A stretch of 64,000 nt of DNA from Octopus sinensis (Eukaryota), in assembly GCF_006345805.1 (NCBI RefSeq), contig NC_043006.1, positions 80,600,001-80,664,000 on the forward strand. The letters run 5' to 3'. Shown piece after piece: positions 48,791 through 63,719 of the stretch (the stretch's first letter is position 1; every line of letters starts with the position of its first letter). Under the pieces are notes generated by a model. That model was not told the DNA's origin and made no database searches. It worked only from the letters and a program-made list of their open reading frames with translations. Made by a program: the position numbers and the translations under genes.

Positions 48791-51700
48791 ATCTAATCAA
48801 CAATGCATGATGACAATCTGCTTAATCTTTCATTCAAAATATGTGATATTGAAGCACAGAGAACAAACCAAACTAATACATTATTGAAAACCACATACAA
48901 GAATAGAGATCTCTATGTCATATTTTGCCTAAAGTTCATGGCAAACCCAGCATGTGTGTGTGTGTGTTTGTGTGTGTGTACGTGTGTGTGATGAAATGAA
49001 GTCCAACAAAGAAATCAACAGGAAAAGCAGGGAAGATACACATAACAAACAAAAATTCACTCAATCCATCATCTGTTGCCGATCAGATATCATCACAATG
49101 CCGATAGTCTTCCGTTTGGTAGGGACGACAATATAAAATTCTGGGAATATAAACAAACAGATATGATAGACAAACAAGGAGAGAAAAATATTCAGGCAAG
49201 GACAGAAACAAGGAAAAACACGAGATCAACTTGTAATACCTTGGTTGAATTAACAACAAACCAAGGTGCATATATCAAAATAATTACACCTGTATATTTT
49301 ACACCTGTATTAGAGACGTTATTCTTATAGCTTAATGCATATTAAAACACGATGGTAATCAACAAACATTTGAACCGAGGACACTGAGTGTAAGTATTAA
49401 ATAGAAATCTATATCTTTGCAAAGAGGTAAGAAAAGAATTCATAATTTACAGCGAAGCATACCAACCATATCAGATTTAATACATTTTTACACGTATAAT
49501 TTATAATCATACGACAATATTTATGATGTATCTACGCTATTTATTTCAGAGAATGTTTGGTTCAATCTTTATATCAAACTATGTAATCTGTATATTTTCC
49601 CTGAAGTTAGAATGATTTTATGCCACTACGTGAATATCAACGCATGACTGAAATGTGCTTTTACAAATACATCACTGTCTTTGAAAATAATCAATATATT
49701 GCTCTAACAAAGCGTCTATATATATCACCTTAACGTATTGGTTTTGTTTTACACCTCACATAGTATGATGCTTAATATTTTTAAATGAAAGGAAATGACA
49801 CGTTATTATGTTTGTGATTTATCTTGTTTTTCATTGATCTTAATCTTCAGGTAAGAGGGCATTTTTCAAACATGAATCAAAATGATGTCACAAACTCCGC
49901 TCAAAATATATTGATTTCCTTCGACTTGGCAAGATGAAAGGGACGCGATCTAGTTGAAGAAATATAATATTAATGGGAATTTCCAGAAATAAAATGAAAT
50001 TTAAATTCAATCGAGGCTTGGAAAACGCTGGCTGATTTGATTCGTATAAAGCATACTTCCTACTGCTTAAGATTATTTTTGCAGAAGTGGAACGTAGCGG
50101 CTACGGTCCATTTTTGCCTGAAAAGAAGGGGATTATACTCGGACCGATGACCTTGCCCGAATGCCTGCAATGCCATTGTTAAGCCAAGGACTTATGCGGT
50201 AATATCAAACTGAGTGACAGATTCCTCAGTCGCACTAAAGAGCCTAAACTGCACTCATTATTTTATTCTGTTCCACTCGATGCCACTACACCCACCCTCC
50301 CTCAATCCTCCTTCAACCCTCTCTCAGCCTTAGGTGTAAGAAATTCGACACCGTCGGTCACGAATGACTATGGGTGCATCTAAGAGGTTCACCTCCAGGG
50401 TACAAGTCTGGGCGAAAAGTTGCCTCACCGGGGAACGCACATCCTACGGTTGTTTTTATGGAAGACCAGCAGACGCCTATGCATACCAGCCTCCCCTCTC
50501 CACGCCACCGATATCATCCATAGGAAAGGCAAAGACCGATACAACTTGGCACCAGTGACGTCACAACCCATTTCTACATCTGAGTGAACTGGGGCAACGT
50601 GAAATAAAGTGTCTGGCTCATGAACAACACGGAGCCCAGTCTGGGAATCGAACTCACAATGCGCCTTAACGTTTCAGCCTTAGGTGTACAATTTGTACAA
50701 ATAGGTGAGTGAATAAAGTAAAGTGGAAAGTTATACGACATACATTTTACAAGACAGGTGTGAGTAGTGTTGTACTTTACCAAAAACGTAACTCGGAAAG
50801 AGTGGCGCATTAACGAGGCTTTCTTTGATTATACGACGTTTCTTCTTTCGCACCCAATCTCGCAAAATGTATGAGAAGATACTAGGAAAACTGTTAAATG
50901 TTCGCTGAAAGCGTGGAGCAAACTATTGAGGAAAGTTGCCCTTCAAACCAATGAACACAATAAGTAACACTTTCACTTTCAGTGACTTTGATGTGCTTCT
51001 GCTTGCGCGACGACGATGAGTAGCTCAATCTATCTATCTATCTATCTATCTGCCTGCCTGCCTGCCTGTCTGTCTGCCTGTCTGCCTGTCTGTCTGTCTG
51101 TCTGTCTGCCTGTCAGAAACAGGTTAAATCGAAGAACTAAAACAAAAATAAAATAAAATAAATAATAATTAAACGACACTACGTCGTTCACGACGACGAG
51201 GGTTCCGGTTGATCCGACAAACAAACAGCCTGATCGCGTAATTAACGTGCAGGTGCCTGAGCACTCCACAGACACGCGTACCCTTAACGCAGTTCACTGG
51301 GAACTTCAGCGTGACACAGAATGTGACAAGGCTGGCCCTTTTTGAAATACACGTTCTACTCATTTTGTCAGCTGAGCGGACTGGAGGAACGTGGAATAAA
51401 GTATCTTGTTCAAAGTCACAACGCGTCGCCGGGAATCGAACTCACGACCTTACGAGCGTGAGCCGAATGTCCAAACTAACTCGGCTCGAAACTGCAACCA
51501 ACGTCATTCAGCATCACGACTTCTATATTACATAATAAATATATGAACTAAACACTTTTACTACGGCTCTTTTCACATCCATACAAGACAAGATGTATAG
51601 GAACTTGAAACGACTTAATTATATGTCGATAGTTACTTTTCGACCAGCATATAAGGTAAAGCAAATTCAACGCTCGTGTGATTTGAACTCAAAGCATAGA

Positions 51701-54700
51701 GGTACCGCACTTAATACTGAAAGCATTTTACTCGACACTTTACTGTTTCTAACACTCAAAAACACTAGCTATTCGATGCTATTATTCCGTGAAAAATATT
51801 GACTTGTTGGTGTTTTGTTCTAGCAGCTGATTATCCCTGAGTCAACCCTGATAGATCAGATATAGAAGCAGACGCGTAAATACCGTGACCATTCAGTCAG
51901 TTTCGTGTGTAAATTCTACCCACCACTGACCATATTATCAAATATTTTCTATTCTAAAGTAGTAGGGTATAATTTAAGCAAAATTTGGCTGCCATTCTAG
52001 CGCCGTTTGCAATCAACTGAAACTAGAACGGTAGACTGGCGTATTTAAACTACCTTACTGTTTTTAGTTACGTCCTACCAGGGTTGAGTTGATTATGAAT
52101 TTCCTTTTAGCCGGCTTAATAAAACATGCAGCAGTATTATTATAGCTTTTGTTCGATTCAATCGATGATACAACTTACTTAACAAATTGTGGTCCTGTGC
52201 CAGATTTAGAAATCAATAACATCCAGCAGAAAGCATGGCTAGTGCCTCGAGATACGATTTCAATTTCCGGTTGGAGAGAAAGAGTAAATGTAGGCTTCCA
52301 CCTATCAGAGTTTTACAAGTTATCTATGCAAAATAAAGCTAATTTCATACCACTATCATCCTTAATAACGTGTAAGAAATTAAGAAACGCATGATCCTCT
52401 CACAATCTCATTTCTTTCTTTTACAAAATCTATGACCTCATGCCTAAAAAAAAATTAAAGAATCAATATTATTCAACATTACACATATACACACGCGTGC
52501 GTACGCATGTATACAAGACTACTCAGAAATATAATCAATGTGTATTACGGATTCATTGTAGAATTTAGTGGACGGTATCGACTAGTTTTTCTAAAAATAG
52601 CTGTTTTTGAATTGCGTGTGTATTTCGTCTATTCCATTAACTTCACATTCTTTGCAGCAGATTCTTTCTTCCATTATTTAACAAAAAAAGACTAAAATTT
52701 GTGCTCGAGTTATTTCTTCATTCTGTATTAGTGTGTTATATCGCTAGTTTTACATGCATGGGTCAGTCCGAATGAATTTAATGTATTTCGTTTTAGTGCA
52801 GTAGGCAACACATAATTATACAAAATCATTAACACTATATACAAATTTACTCGGGAATCATATATATATATATAATGCCTGTATGTATGTGTAAATGCGC
52901 GTGTTTTTGTGAGACTGTGGGTATACGTTTTATTGAAGAAGGAATATTGTCTGGCGACTCGAATTTCGACCCACTACAATCTCCAGGCGAGAATTGTTAC
53001 AACTCGGTAATCATCGTGTGTATGTACTATATAAATATGTACTTGTAAGTGTGTGGGTTTGTGTGATATCGGTCTGTATAGTATATGTGTATGTGTGTGC
53101 CTTCACCACAAAATTTTACAAGACGTTCCCAAGCCGTGTCTACGGTACATGATACAATACCAAACTGCTGCTAATTGAGATGGAACGCAGAATCAAGTAG
53201 TTGCGAATCGAACCTGTGGAGGATATGGATACGCCTGAGACTATGTATACACACATGCATACACACAGATTCCCGCCCTCTTTTCAAAACATATGTGCAT
53301 TCTTAAGTGGTCCTACAGTGCCCTCGAGACTGATGACAGGAGGAAAGTAAGTTATTAAAGATTTGAAAATAGATTGCAGTATGGATTGCTCCACAAAGCA
53401 TTCTATCTTTAATTCAATTTTACCAATATGAATGCCGAAGTTGTTACCCTTGCTTATCGTGACCAGAGTTAATAATTAATGCAACGATTCTTGTTTATCG
53501 TCATTATCTCTGTAATTTTAACTTTATACTTTTTATTGTGTACTGTAAATTCAGTTAGCGACAATATTACCATGTGGATATAATACAGAGTGTATATAGC
53601 AGGATGTGATACTCATGCTTTATCAATGGCATTAGCCAACGAGAGGAACTAAACTCAATTATGGTCAGATACTCTAACTCTACCAACCAGGAATTCTAGC
53701 CATCAGTATTACCAGAACTTTTCTAAATAGTTAATATATCAGAGAAAACTTCATTTACTTGTTTCCATTTCATTGCATTCTATTTCTCTTCTCGTAATTG
53801 ACTACAATTGTACACAAAATATTCTTGTTTCTTTGTCATCTAAGTTGAGCTTATAAAAAATACAGTAGTCATTGTTTGGTACTGTCAAACACAGCTTCGA
53901 CATTTTTTTTATTGCAACTAACTATTCGTTTAACATGAATCTGCACGCTTACTAACAGACAAAGGGAAATTTTTGCCATTGTCAATTACAAACATAATTC
54001 AGGCGAAAAAATGGCTTGGTTGATAATACACGCAAGATAACTCCGTGTCTGTTTTTAAATTAGCATTTAATTTTATCTTTTTTTCTCTCTCTCAGCAACG
54101 TGAATATCTATAACTCTTTCCGAAATAAATAAACCGAATCTAAATTCTTCGTAATTTTCTTAAAATTAAACAGCTAGTGTTTGACAAACCAACAAGATTT
54201 TTGAATGTCAAGTGAAGGTACACGTTTCGCTTTTCGTCCATATCGAAGTTTGATTCATGAAAAACAACAACAACAACAACAATGGCGACGATGACGAAGA
54301 CAACAACAACAATATAAAAAGAGAACTCGAATATTAAACGGTCCTCTCCGCCAAGTTGCACATTGGAATCATAGAATGTTCACTACCGAGAGTATGAAAC
54401 TAATAAATAGCTAAATTGTTTGAATGTTGTTGATTGAGTTCTGTAGTGTTGCTGACTTCAATTCTTCCTCCGAATATGTCTTAGGAAGAAATAGCTTCCA
54501 TGACAACATAACTTGCTCCACACACAAGTCAAACGATGTATTTAAGAGGTATAATTACTCCTGAAAATTTATGGAGATCACTAAATGGTAGTAGTAAAAC
54601 TATACTATTTAGGATAATTATATCTTGTCAATTTGTTCATTCCACCTACGTGTACCTACATCCCTCACATGGCTGGAACGATCAATTTTATATTACAAAA

Positions 54701-55047
54701 ACTGAAAAGTATTTTGTAACAAAATGTTGAGTTAAACCCTTTCTCGGGGATATGTAACTTAGAGATTTCACAACTAAAGTTAGTTTACAAAAAATGAATA
54801 GCAATACCAATGACAACAACAACAATAATAATTGTTTCTAGTTTTGTCACTAGGTCGGCAAATTTGAGGATAAATGGTACGTTGATTACATCGACACCAG
54901 TACTTGACTGATACAGTATTTTATCAACCCAAAAAGAGATGAAAGTCAAAGTTGCCGTCTAAGGAATTTGAACATATCGTGTCAAAAAGAAATATAGCTA
55001 AGCATTTTTTTCGATGCAATAACGATTCGGCTGGCTCACCATTATCA

Positions 55048-55093
<46 letters not shown>

Positions 55094-55679
55094 GATTATG
55101 ATGATGATGATAATGATAAATTGAATGCGCAAAGCAAATAGACAATACAATTTTTGTTAACATTCATCTCTTATGTCGCCAACAAGAACTTTTGGTAACA
55201 TCATCGTAATTGAACTGAATATTTTGGTTTCTAGAGTGTGATAATACTTCAACTTAACAGACTAAAATTAAATCAACAGTCGGTTTTATTCTGCTGCCTT
55301 TTGATACAACTAACGGAAGGCCAGAAGGAATTAGCAGACTCTTTCAAAGTATGGGATACAAGTCAAATCCGAAGACTATCGTTAATTTTGTTTACGCTGG
55401 AAGCACTTTTCTTTTCACACTGCACTTCTGTTACCAAAAACTTAAAAAAAAAAAAAAGTTCTGTATTGCACGATGTCAATCGCAAATCGCATTCAACATC
55501 TTCATATTGAAATTTTGTTTGAAATCCAAAATGTTAGGTTGATCAATATAATTCTCTCATACATTAGCCAAGGAAACATTTTCCGCACATTTTAATGAAA
55601 CGTTCTGCTTCTCACTTAACAACGCATTATTACATCATCACCATCATAACTAATTATTATTGCCCAGTATACACATTAT

Positions 55680-56156
55680 GACTACCCGTCTGAAAAGGGT
55701 ATACCAGGCCCATGCATCACAACCTCATGTGCACAACACAGTGATTTAATATCAAGAGACACAACGCATGACCTCGCAGGTGAAGGCCCAGTTAGAATTT
55801 TCTTCAGGTCGGGTAGCCCATCAGAAGACCTTTGAACAAGGGTTGTTAAATAATTTTGAACGAAACACCCATGTTTCCAGAGGTGAATTATTCAAACCTC
55901 ATAGAATTCCTCTCAACATATGGCTATGATGCTTTCCCACTGCTTCTGTTCATGATCAAAGATGCGCATATCGTCAGACATTAAGGGATATGCTGAACTG
56001 GTTAAGCACAAACAACTAACAAACAGATCTGTGGCATTGAGCAGAATATTTGCTGTATCCCATCTTTTACACCAAGACAAAACGTGTACATGATAACACT
56101 TCTAATCAGTTAAGATTAGAAGTCATGAGAGCCACTGACTGGTATTGCGTCAGAGC

Positions 56157-56157
<1 letters not shown>
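55680..56157. repeat. Interspersed repeat ending in (AAT)n, unclassified
   Basis: Recognised from memory as a common Octopus repeat (tttccagaggtgaattattcaaacc...gagagccactg). Single copy here, so support within the window is weak. Confidence 0.45.
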
Positions 56158-56186
<29 letters not shown>

Positions 56187-56187
<1 letters not shown>

Positions 56188-56525
56188 TGTCTCTAAAAGA
56201 AATGGAGACACTTTCAAAATACAAAGACCTGGAAATAGAGGTAACTTGAATGTGGAATCTAAAAACAGAAACAATTCCTATCATAGTAGTCGCATTAGGT
56301 ATGATAAAAAAATATTCAGAAAAATACATAACAAAAACACCAGGACTTACAAACACATATAACATGCAGAAAATTGCACTACAGGACACTGTACACATCC
56401 TACGCAAAACCCTTTCAATACAATAACCATCAGAGCATCACAACAAATCACAGCACATACCCAAGGCACACAGAGCTGCGCTCGGTAGTGAAGTGAAAGC
56501 ACGCTATAAAAATAAAACTACTGAA
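56187..56525 (+). mobile_element. 5'-truncated R4/Dong-type non-LTR element (restriction-like endonuclease C-terminus plus 3' UTR) inside (TAA)n
   Basis: Translates to LSKYKDLEIEVT*MWNLKTETIPIIVVALGMI...QKIALQDTVHILRKTL-stop (56426). (AAT)n tracts flank both sides. Confidence 0.8.
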
Positions 56526-56526
56526 T

Positions 56527-56580
<54 letters not shown>

Positions 56581-57011
56581 TATTATTATTATTATTATTA
56601 TTGGCAGAATCGTTAACACATTGGAAATACTGCAAAGCAGTGTTTCTTCCAAGTCATTACATTCGGAGCTCAAATGACCTCAAGGTCAGCTTTACAATTC
56701 ATCAGTCCAGAGTTGATGAAATAGCATCTGTTAACTGCTGAGGTTAATGCAATCGACTAACACCCTACCCAACCACAATTGCTGGCCTTCTGCTAAAATG
56801 TGAATCAGTTATTAAAGACAACAAGAAAGGAAAATCCTTTGCTGAGCTGCATTTATCTGTCTTTGTGTTCTGAGTTCAAATTCCGTCTATCACTCTTTGA
56901 AACAGATGAAATACGTACTAGTTGAACACTGGGGCCGAAGTAATTAACTTACCCTTGCTCGGCTTGTGACTATAGTAAAATTCATTATCATTCTCATTAT
57001 CATCATCATCA

Positions 57012-57069
<58 letters not shown>

Positions 57070-58524
57070 CATTATGTTGTTGCTGTTGTTTTTGTTTTTG
57101 GTTTTGTTTCTCGGCATCGATGTTGTGCTCAGTTTACTAATACTTTCTGTCGAACCGCAACTCTGTTTTAAGGATGAGCAGCATTTTCTACTTTCTATAT
57201 AAAAGAATACTTTTCATATTCGTTCTTTGTATTGAGAAACCAGATAATTTTTATTGGACCTAGATTTCCAATATTTCTCTAAATTTCTTTCTCACTGTTC
57301 CAAAAACATCAATGGTAATTGGCAAGATCATGTCCTACGCTGTTCTATCTCATCTGCCAGTGATTTTTATGTCATTGTATTAAGACTACTGTACCTTTTT
57401 ACATCAGCAAAACTGATCCAAATCAGCATTATACTGCCAGATATACTCCCAAAAGTATGATTAATATGCTGTCAAACCCTACTCTACTCTAAACCCCTCA
57501 GCTCCGAAGACATCCAGCTGTGTTGCTCTAGCTTCACCGTCTAAGTCCCTCATTATCTTCTTTCGTTCAGCTCCCTTCCATGCTGCTCATACGCATTTGC
57601 CTCCCAACACTCCAATCTTTGATGAAGTCTTCACTGAAAATCTTTGTGCACTAAATTTCGCCATCTTTTGTTGTCCTGGTCGTATATAATTTTGTTTCAT
57701 GTCTATATCAATTCCATATTCTGCGTGTTCTGCACAAAACATGTCTCTTTCATTTCCGGATTGCTCCTCTGTCTCTCTTTTTGGTCTTTCGCCCTCCCTC
57801 CCTGACATCGAAATAATACGTTACTTTGGCTTCCTTCTAGCAATATTGATAAATGAGATAGATCGAATCTCGGGGTACCCTATTACAACTATATTACAAG
57901 CAGTTGCTGATGTGCATAGAAAAAGAGAGCCCTATGATGGACCGTGTCAAGGTTTGAGAGCGCCTCGAAGAAGACATAACCGACTTCCTCACCCAATCAG
58001 TTGGACAGGTTAGCTGTTATATATGGTAGTAATGAATTAGGCTAACACCTCTGCCAACGGAGTTACAGCTAACTTCAGTTTTATACTATCGCTATGCAAA
58101 AGAAGTTTTGCATAGCTGCTCTCGAAGGAAGCAACAAACCCTCCTTCCCATTGTCTCTGCTCTTCCTAATAATATTTCATAAAGTTGGAGTGACCATAAG
58201 AGCTTTGGCAAAATACCATATTTGTCACACCGTCGCTATTTGCAATTAGAATTAAATTTTCTCACAGTCAACATTGCTCTCCCAGCACTACGAATGATTG
58301 AAGTAAACAATATTAACTTGGGATTGTGTAGTGTATTCGATATTATTATATATGCAAGGATATTATATATATAGAAGTTTAGATCATGTTAGGGTACAAA
58401 ATGAATGTATTGGCAACGTAGTAATCAGTCCGAAGTCCTGGCTATCTCTACTCTTCAAACAGAATCTTCGGAAAAAATTGGAAGAGCACTGAGGTTTTCA
58501 ATCCTGGTTCTTATTCTAATCGCA

Positions 58525-58650
58525 AGATGGGAGAATATAAGCAAACCAACATCGGTTGTCAAGCGCCGATAAAGACTACACACACACAAACGCACTCACA
58601 CACCAACACACACACACACATATATATATTTATACACACAGAAGGATATA

Positions 58651-58695
<45 letters not shown>

Positions 58696-58950
58696 TTTAT
58701 TCTTTTACTTGTTTCAGTCATTTGCCTGCGGCCATACTGGAGCATCGCCTTCAGTCAAACGAATTGACCCCAGGGCTTATTCATTGTAGGCCTAATACTT
58801 ATTCTATCGGTCTCTTTTGCCGAACCGCTAAGTTACAGGGACTTAAATACACCACCACACACGCATATACGATGGGCTTCTTTCAGTTTCCGTCTATCAA
58901 GTCCACTCACAAGGCTTTGGTCGGCCCGAGGCTATAGTAGAAGACACTTG
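58525..58950 (-). mobile_element. Rearranged tRNA-derived SINE pieces around a (TA)n tract
   Basis: The segment catcggttgtcaagcg...cacac precedes a second body, cttttacttgtttcagtc...agacacttg. Confidence 0.7.
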
Positions 58951-59699
58951 TATACATATATAATTAATCCCAAAATAAAATGAAGAAAAAAACACAAGAA
59001 AAAACAACAACGTACATGCAAAGTATAAACAGACACTCAGGGAAGGAAAGGAAAGTAGTTTTACGTTTCGAGCAATGTTCTTCTTCAGAAACAGGAGACA
59101 AGCGAGTCCAAGAGAAAAAGAAGGCGGCGGAGAAAAATCGCCAACTATCCACATGTAGTTACATTTTGAAATGTATGTGTGCGTTTATGCACTCATACAT
59201 ACGTACATTAATACTTTCATATATATATATGTCCCTCTTTTTCGTTTCTCATAATTTTTCTCTTTTACGACTTATTTGTAAATATACGGTTAAATTTTCT
59301 CTATTACCCCATTGATTATTCCTTCTTGATTTTTAGTAATAAGTTTCTTGGATGTTTTTTCCCCTTAAACTCTTCACATTAACAAGAATGATAATACATA
59401 ACTTTAATTGTAATTTTTATTAATATAATTTTTTCTTACATATTTGTAATGCTTTTTGAAACGTTCGTATGTACTTATTAAATATACTTTTGATTTTTTA
59501 ACATCTTTTCTCCATTTTTAAAATTGTTTATTTTATATTTATACTTATAACGGACTTTTTCAATTGTTATTTTCATATTCTTATTGCTTGCTCTAGTAGA
59601 ATAGTTCTAAATATGATGAATTTTTATTAGAGATTATTTTCTCTCTTTTTGGACTCCTCAAAAAGTTTGAATTGTTCTACTTGAACCTATACTTTTCTC

Positions 59700-59743
59700 A
59701 TACATACATACATACATGCATACGTACATACATGCATACATAC

Positions 59744-59788
<45 letters not shown>

Positions 59789-59874
59789 CATATGTATGTA
59801 TACGTATATATATATATATATATATATATACATGCATATGTATGTATACGTATATATATATATATAATATAGAT

Positions 59875-59940
<66 letters not shown>

Positions 59941-60024
59941 GTATGTATACGTATATATATATATACACATATAATTATATATATATATGAATGTATTAAG
60001 ATAGGTATGTGTGCATAAACATCC

Positions 60025-60085
<61 letters not shown>

Positions 60086-60110
60086 TGTGTGTGTATGTAT
60101 GCGTGTATGC
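59700..60110. repeat. Compound (TACA)n/(TA)n/(CA)n microsatellite block
   Basis: Direct reading. Similar blocks lie at 260-610, 1515-1575, 45490-45590, 60740-61100 and 63640-63740. Confidence 0.95.
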
Positions 60111-60742
60111 ACACATACATACGAACATTAATACATTCCTATGTGTATTTAAGTGTTTAAGTAGACAGAAAGAGGGAGAGAAAGAGAGAAAGAAAGAAAG
60201 AATAATCTTTTCTACGAGAGGCAAAAGGACTGAATTTTGGGGAGAAGCGGTTAGACGATTACAACAACACCAGTGCATAACTGGTACTTATTTCCTCAAC
60301 CACGAAAGGATGAAAGGCAAAGTCGACCTTGGCGGAATCTGAGCTCAGAAAGTAAGGAGAGACGAAATGCTGCTAAACACGTTTTTCCCAGCGTGCTAAT
60401 GACTCTGCCAGCCAGCTGCCTTACTGTGAGTGAATAGTTACAAAAAAAATGGACTTGCAGACCATACAGAATATCCGAGGGCATAATGTGTTTGTTTGCA
60501 AGATCGCTGTCTTGAGATAAAGTTAACTGTCATAGCAGTAGCACGCATGAGTGTTACACCTTCTAGGTATGTTAGCATAACTAGATAGAGCTATTGTCTG
60601 TCATCCGTTTTAGCACCATGAAACACAAACCGGATTCTCTGCCTAATAGCTTTAGATAGACACACACGCAAATACACACGTAGTAAATCATTCTGATTTA
60701 AGAAAGCGATTAAATACTGCGTTGTTATATAACGACCATCGT

Positions 60743-60775
<33 letters not shown>

Positions 60776-60815
60776 TATTTATATATATATATGCATATAT
60801 ATATATAAATATATA

Positions 60816-60873
<58 letters not shown>

Positions 60874-60888
60874 CACACATATACATAT

Positions 60889-60929
<41 letters not shown>

Positions 60930-63672
60930 TATACAGAGAGATATATAGAAAGTGAGAGCGTGAGAGAGATAGATGGCATGGTATTAAATGTTATATAATA
61001 TATATATATAATATATAATATATAATATATATATACATGTATATTTTTTGTGTATATTTATGATGTATATTCATATGTATTTATGAATATATATATATAC
61101 AGGTATATATACATATACAGTCATTTTCAGTGTTACTTTTCTCCTGATATTGAAAGCTCTCTAACGCATTATTACCGAGTTTAGAAGGCATCTGTCAAAA
61201 TATATTTTGTGTTCTCTGTTAAATACAACTTAAATGTTTTTTTTAAAATTCATTTCTTGTCGCTGCAGGAATAATTCTCTGTGTAAAGAATTAATAAAAT
61301 AAACCCACACCAAATATATTTTGAATGAAAAGTGTCATTTATTGATAAATATTTCATATTTAAATCGACAAAGAACAGATGAATCGCATATTTTGGGGAA
61401 GGAGTGAATTCATTTTTTAAATAGCAAATCTTGTCAAGCTCTAAAAATGTGATAAAACAGTTTGAAATAAAATCTAAAAAGAAGTAGAAAAAAGTTGAAT
61501 ATTTACAATTATTGGTTTATTTGACATAAACTGATTTTAATTAAAGAAATAGGAAATTGTGGTGTTCATACCTTTCCCTCACTACTGGATTTAACAAAAG
61601 AAATAAAATGTAAAATTTTAAAACTTTTTGTCTTAAAATATAAGTAATATTCTCACACGACATTTTAAGGATGGTGATGGAGCTGCAAGCAGTGACATCA
61701 AAGAAATCATACTCCTATTTGCTTTCCAAATTGCTGATGCTATTATTCGGTCGCATCTCCTTGTAGAACTATCCACGTATTTTGGTGGCTGGTTGGGATT
61801 TGACCTCAGAATGCACAGAGCCAATCATATACCACACAATATCCCATTCGACGATCTAAAGTCTTTGCCAATCTACTGTCCTGAACTGTTACATTTGCAT
61901 CGATCCTCAAAAATTGAAAGGCAAAGTTGACCTCGACCAAATAGGAACGCAAAGCACAGAGTCGACAAAGATATCGCCATTTATTCTATCCTGCACACAA
62001 ATAACTCTGCCATTTTGCAGCATTATCCTTTTAGGGATAAGATTGCAAAATGTGAGATAGGAGAGAATTATTGCAGCAATAGGTAACATGCGTAGTGTTA
62101 ATGTGTTTATCCCTTTATATTGTGAATTCAAATTCTACTGTGTACAAGTTTGCCTTGCATTCTCCGTTAGCCAACGAAATGAGCCTTCGGAATACACTGA
62201 GGTATAAGGGGATTGGATATAGACTCCATTATAACTTCAGTCTGTGCTGGAGCTTTAGCAATTGCTATTTCAAAAGCTGGAGCCACTATTTGATTTGATA
62301 GAATCGGTAGAACTTAAGACAAAATTGCAGCGGTGCTTATTTAGTGCGCCATTGTTCGGTTTGGGTGCGATAAAATCTGTCAATCAAATGCTGAAATCAA
62401 TCTAATCCACCTGTAATTGTACTTGTTGGGAGATCATTAATAGTAATGCAGCACCTTTTCTCCGCAACATCGTTGTCATCCAAGGAAAAAGCAAGTTTCG
62501 ATAAGGCTTTCGGCAATGTTGCTGGATGCCAACTCGGAACGTAAGCGGCTGAGACATGTGGTACGACGCATTTTGTCTAACATTTGTGAGCGTCTATGTT
62601 AGGAAATCTTATAAAAGATAAAAAGATTTCCTTTCTGCCCAGGGTGTTTCCGGTTTCTACAGCTTTAAACCCCTTGAATACAACACAAGGCCATCAAAAT
62701 AGGTTTTTCTTGAAGCTGGAACATTTATCGTCACTGCTAAATAAAATAAGCTCTATTAATTTCATACGACTGCTGATATCTTTACAGCGGTATAGTACAT
62801 AATCTATCTTATATATATATGGTATAATAAACGCGTTCGTTGAAAACAAATATCAGCTAAAAAAAACAACAAAATACCATGCTAGTGACATGATAAATAT
62901 ATTTACAGTTTAGAAAATATATTTCTGTCAAATTAGTATTTCAAAGATTTATTCATTTTTCAAATTTTTTTTTTCAGTTATGAAAGAGCTTGTTTGTTTA
63001 CTGGCTTTAGTAATAAACAGCTGGTCTCTTCCAGTTGATGTATGTTTATTAACTAATAAATATACAGTTAATTTTTCAGGACACATTTCAAAATACAAAC
63101 GTTCTTTTTGTCTATATTTACAATAGATTTTCGCTATCTAAAATCTTCGTTGCTCAGGTTGATAACACATGTGCCCCTAAGCGGTTTCCCTACAGATAGG
63201 GGAGAGCTGCCAGTGCAAGGGTTTTTTTTTTATGGAAGATAAGCAGTTGTATATTCATTTTTTTTCTCTCAGTGCTAGCGTTAATACTCAGGGAAAAGGT
63301 AGCGCTCAGTAGAGCTTCTGATCAGCGTTGTTGCATGCAAACTTGGAATATAAATGGCCTAAACATGTGGCACAATCCAGCTGATTAACACACCAAATTG
63401 ATTGGTGTCTATTTTATCGATCCTGAAAAGTTGATTGGTCAGCTTGATCTTTAAAGGATTTTAAGTACTTGCATAAAGAGATGCAACCATAAATCGGGAT
63501 ATTTTTCGACACATTCAAGTTATTGATATTGAAATTCCAATGAAGGAGCCTTGGATCTAGACTAGAAACCGGCTCTTTATCTTTTGGTAAGAAATCTTGA
63601 AATAAAACTAAGGGCATAGATACATACATACGCATACACGTACACACACACAAACATATACACAAATACACC

Positions 63673-63719
<47 letters not shown>

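Noticed and set aside
61670-61930. About 80 open codons on + after a TAAG acceptor
   Set aside because: No donor, no recognisable family, and it ends in a decayed SINE.
62450-62545. Exon-like segment ending in GTAAGC
   Set aside because: Poor acceptor, and the minus strand resembles a decayed SINE of the intron 1 family.
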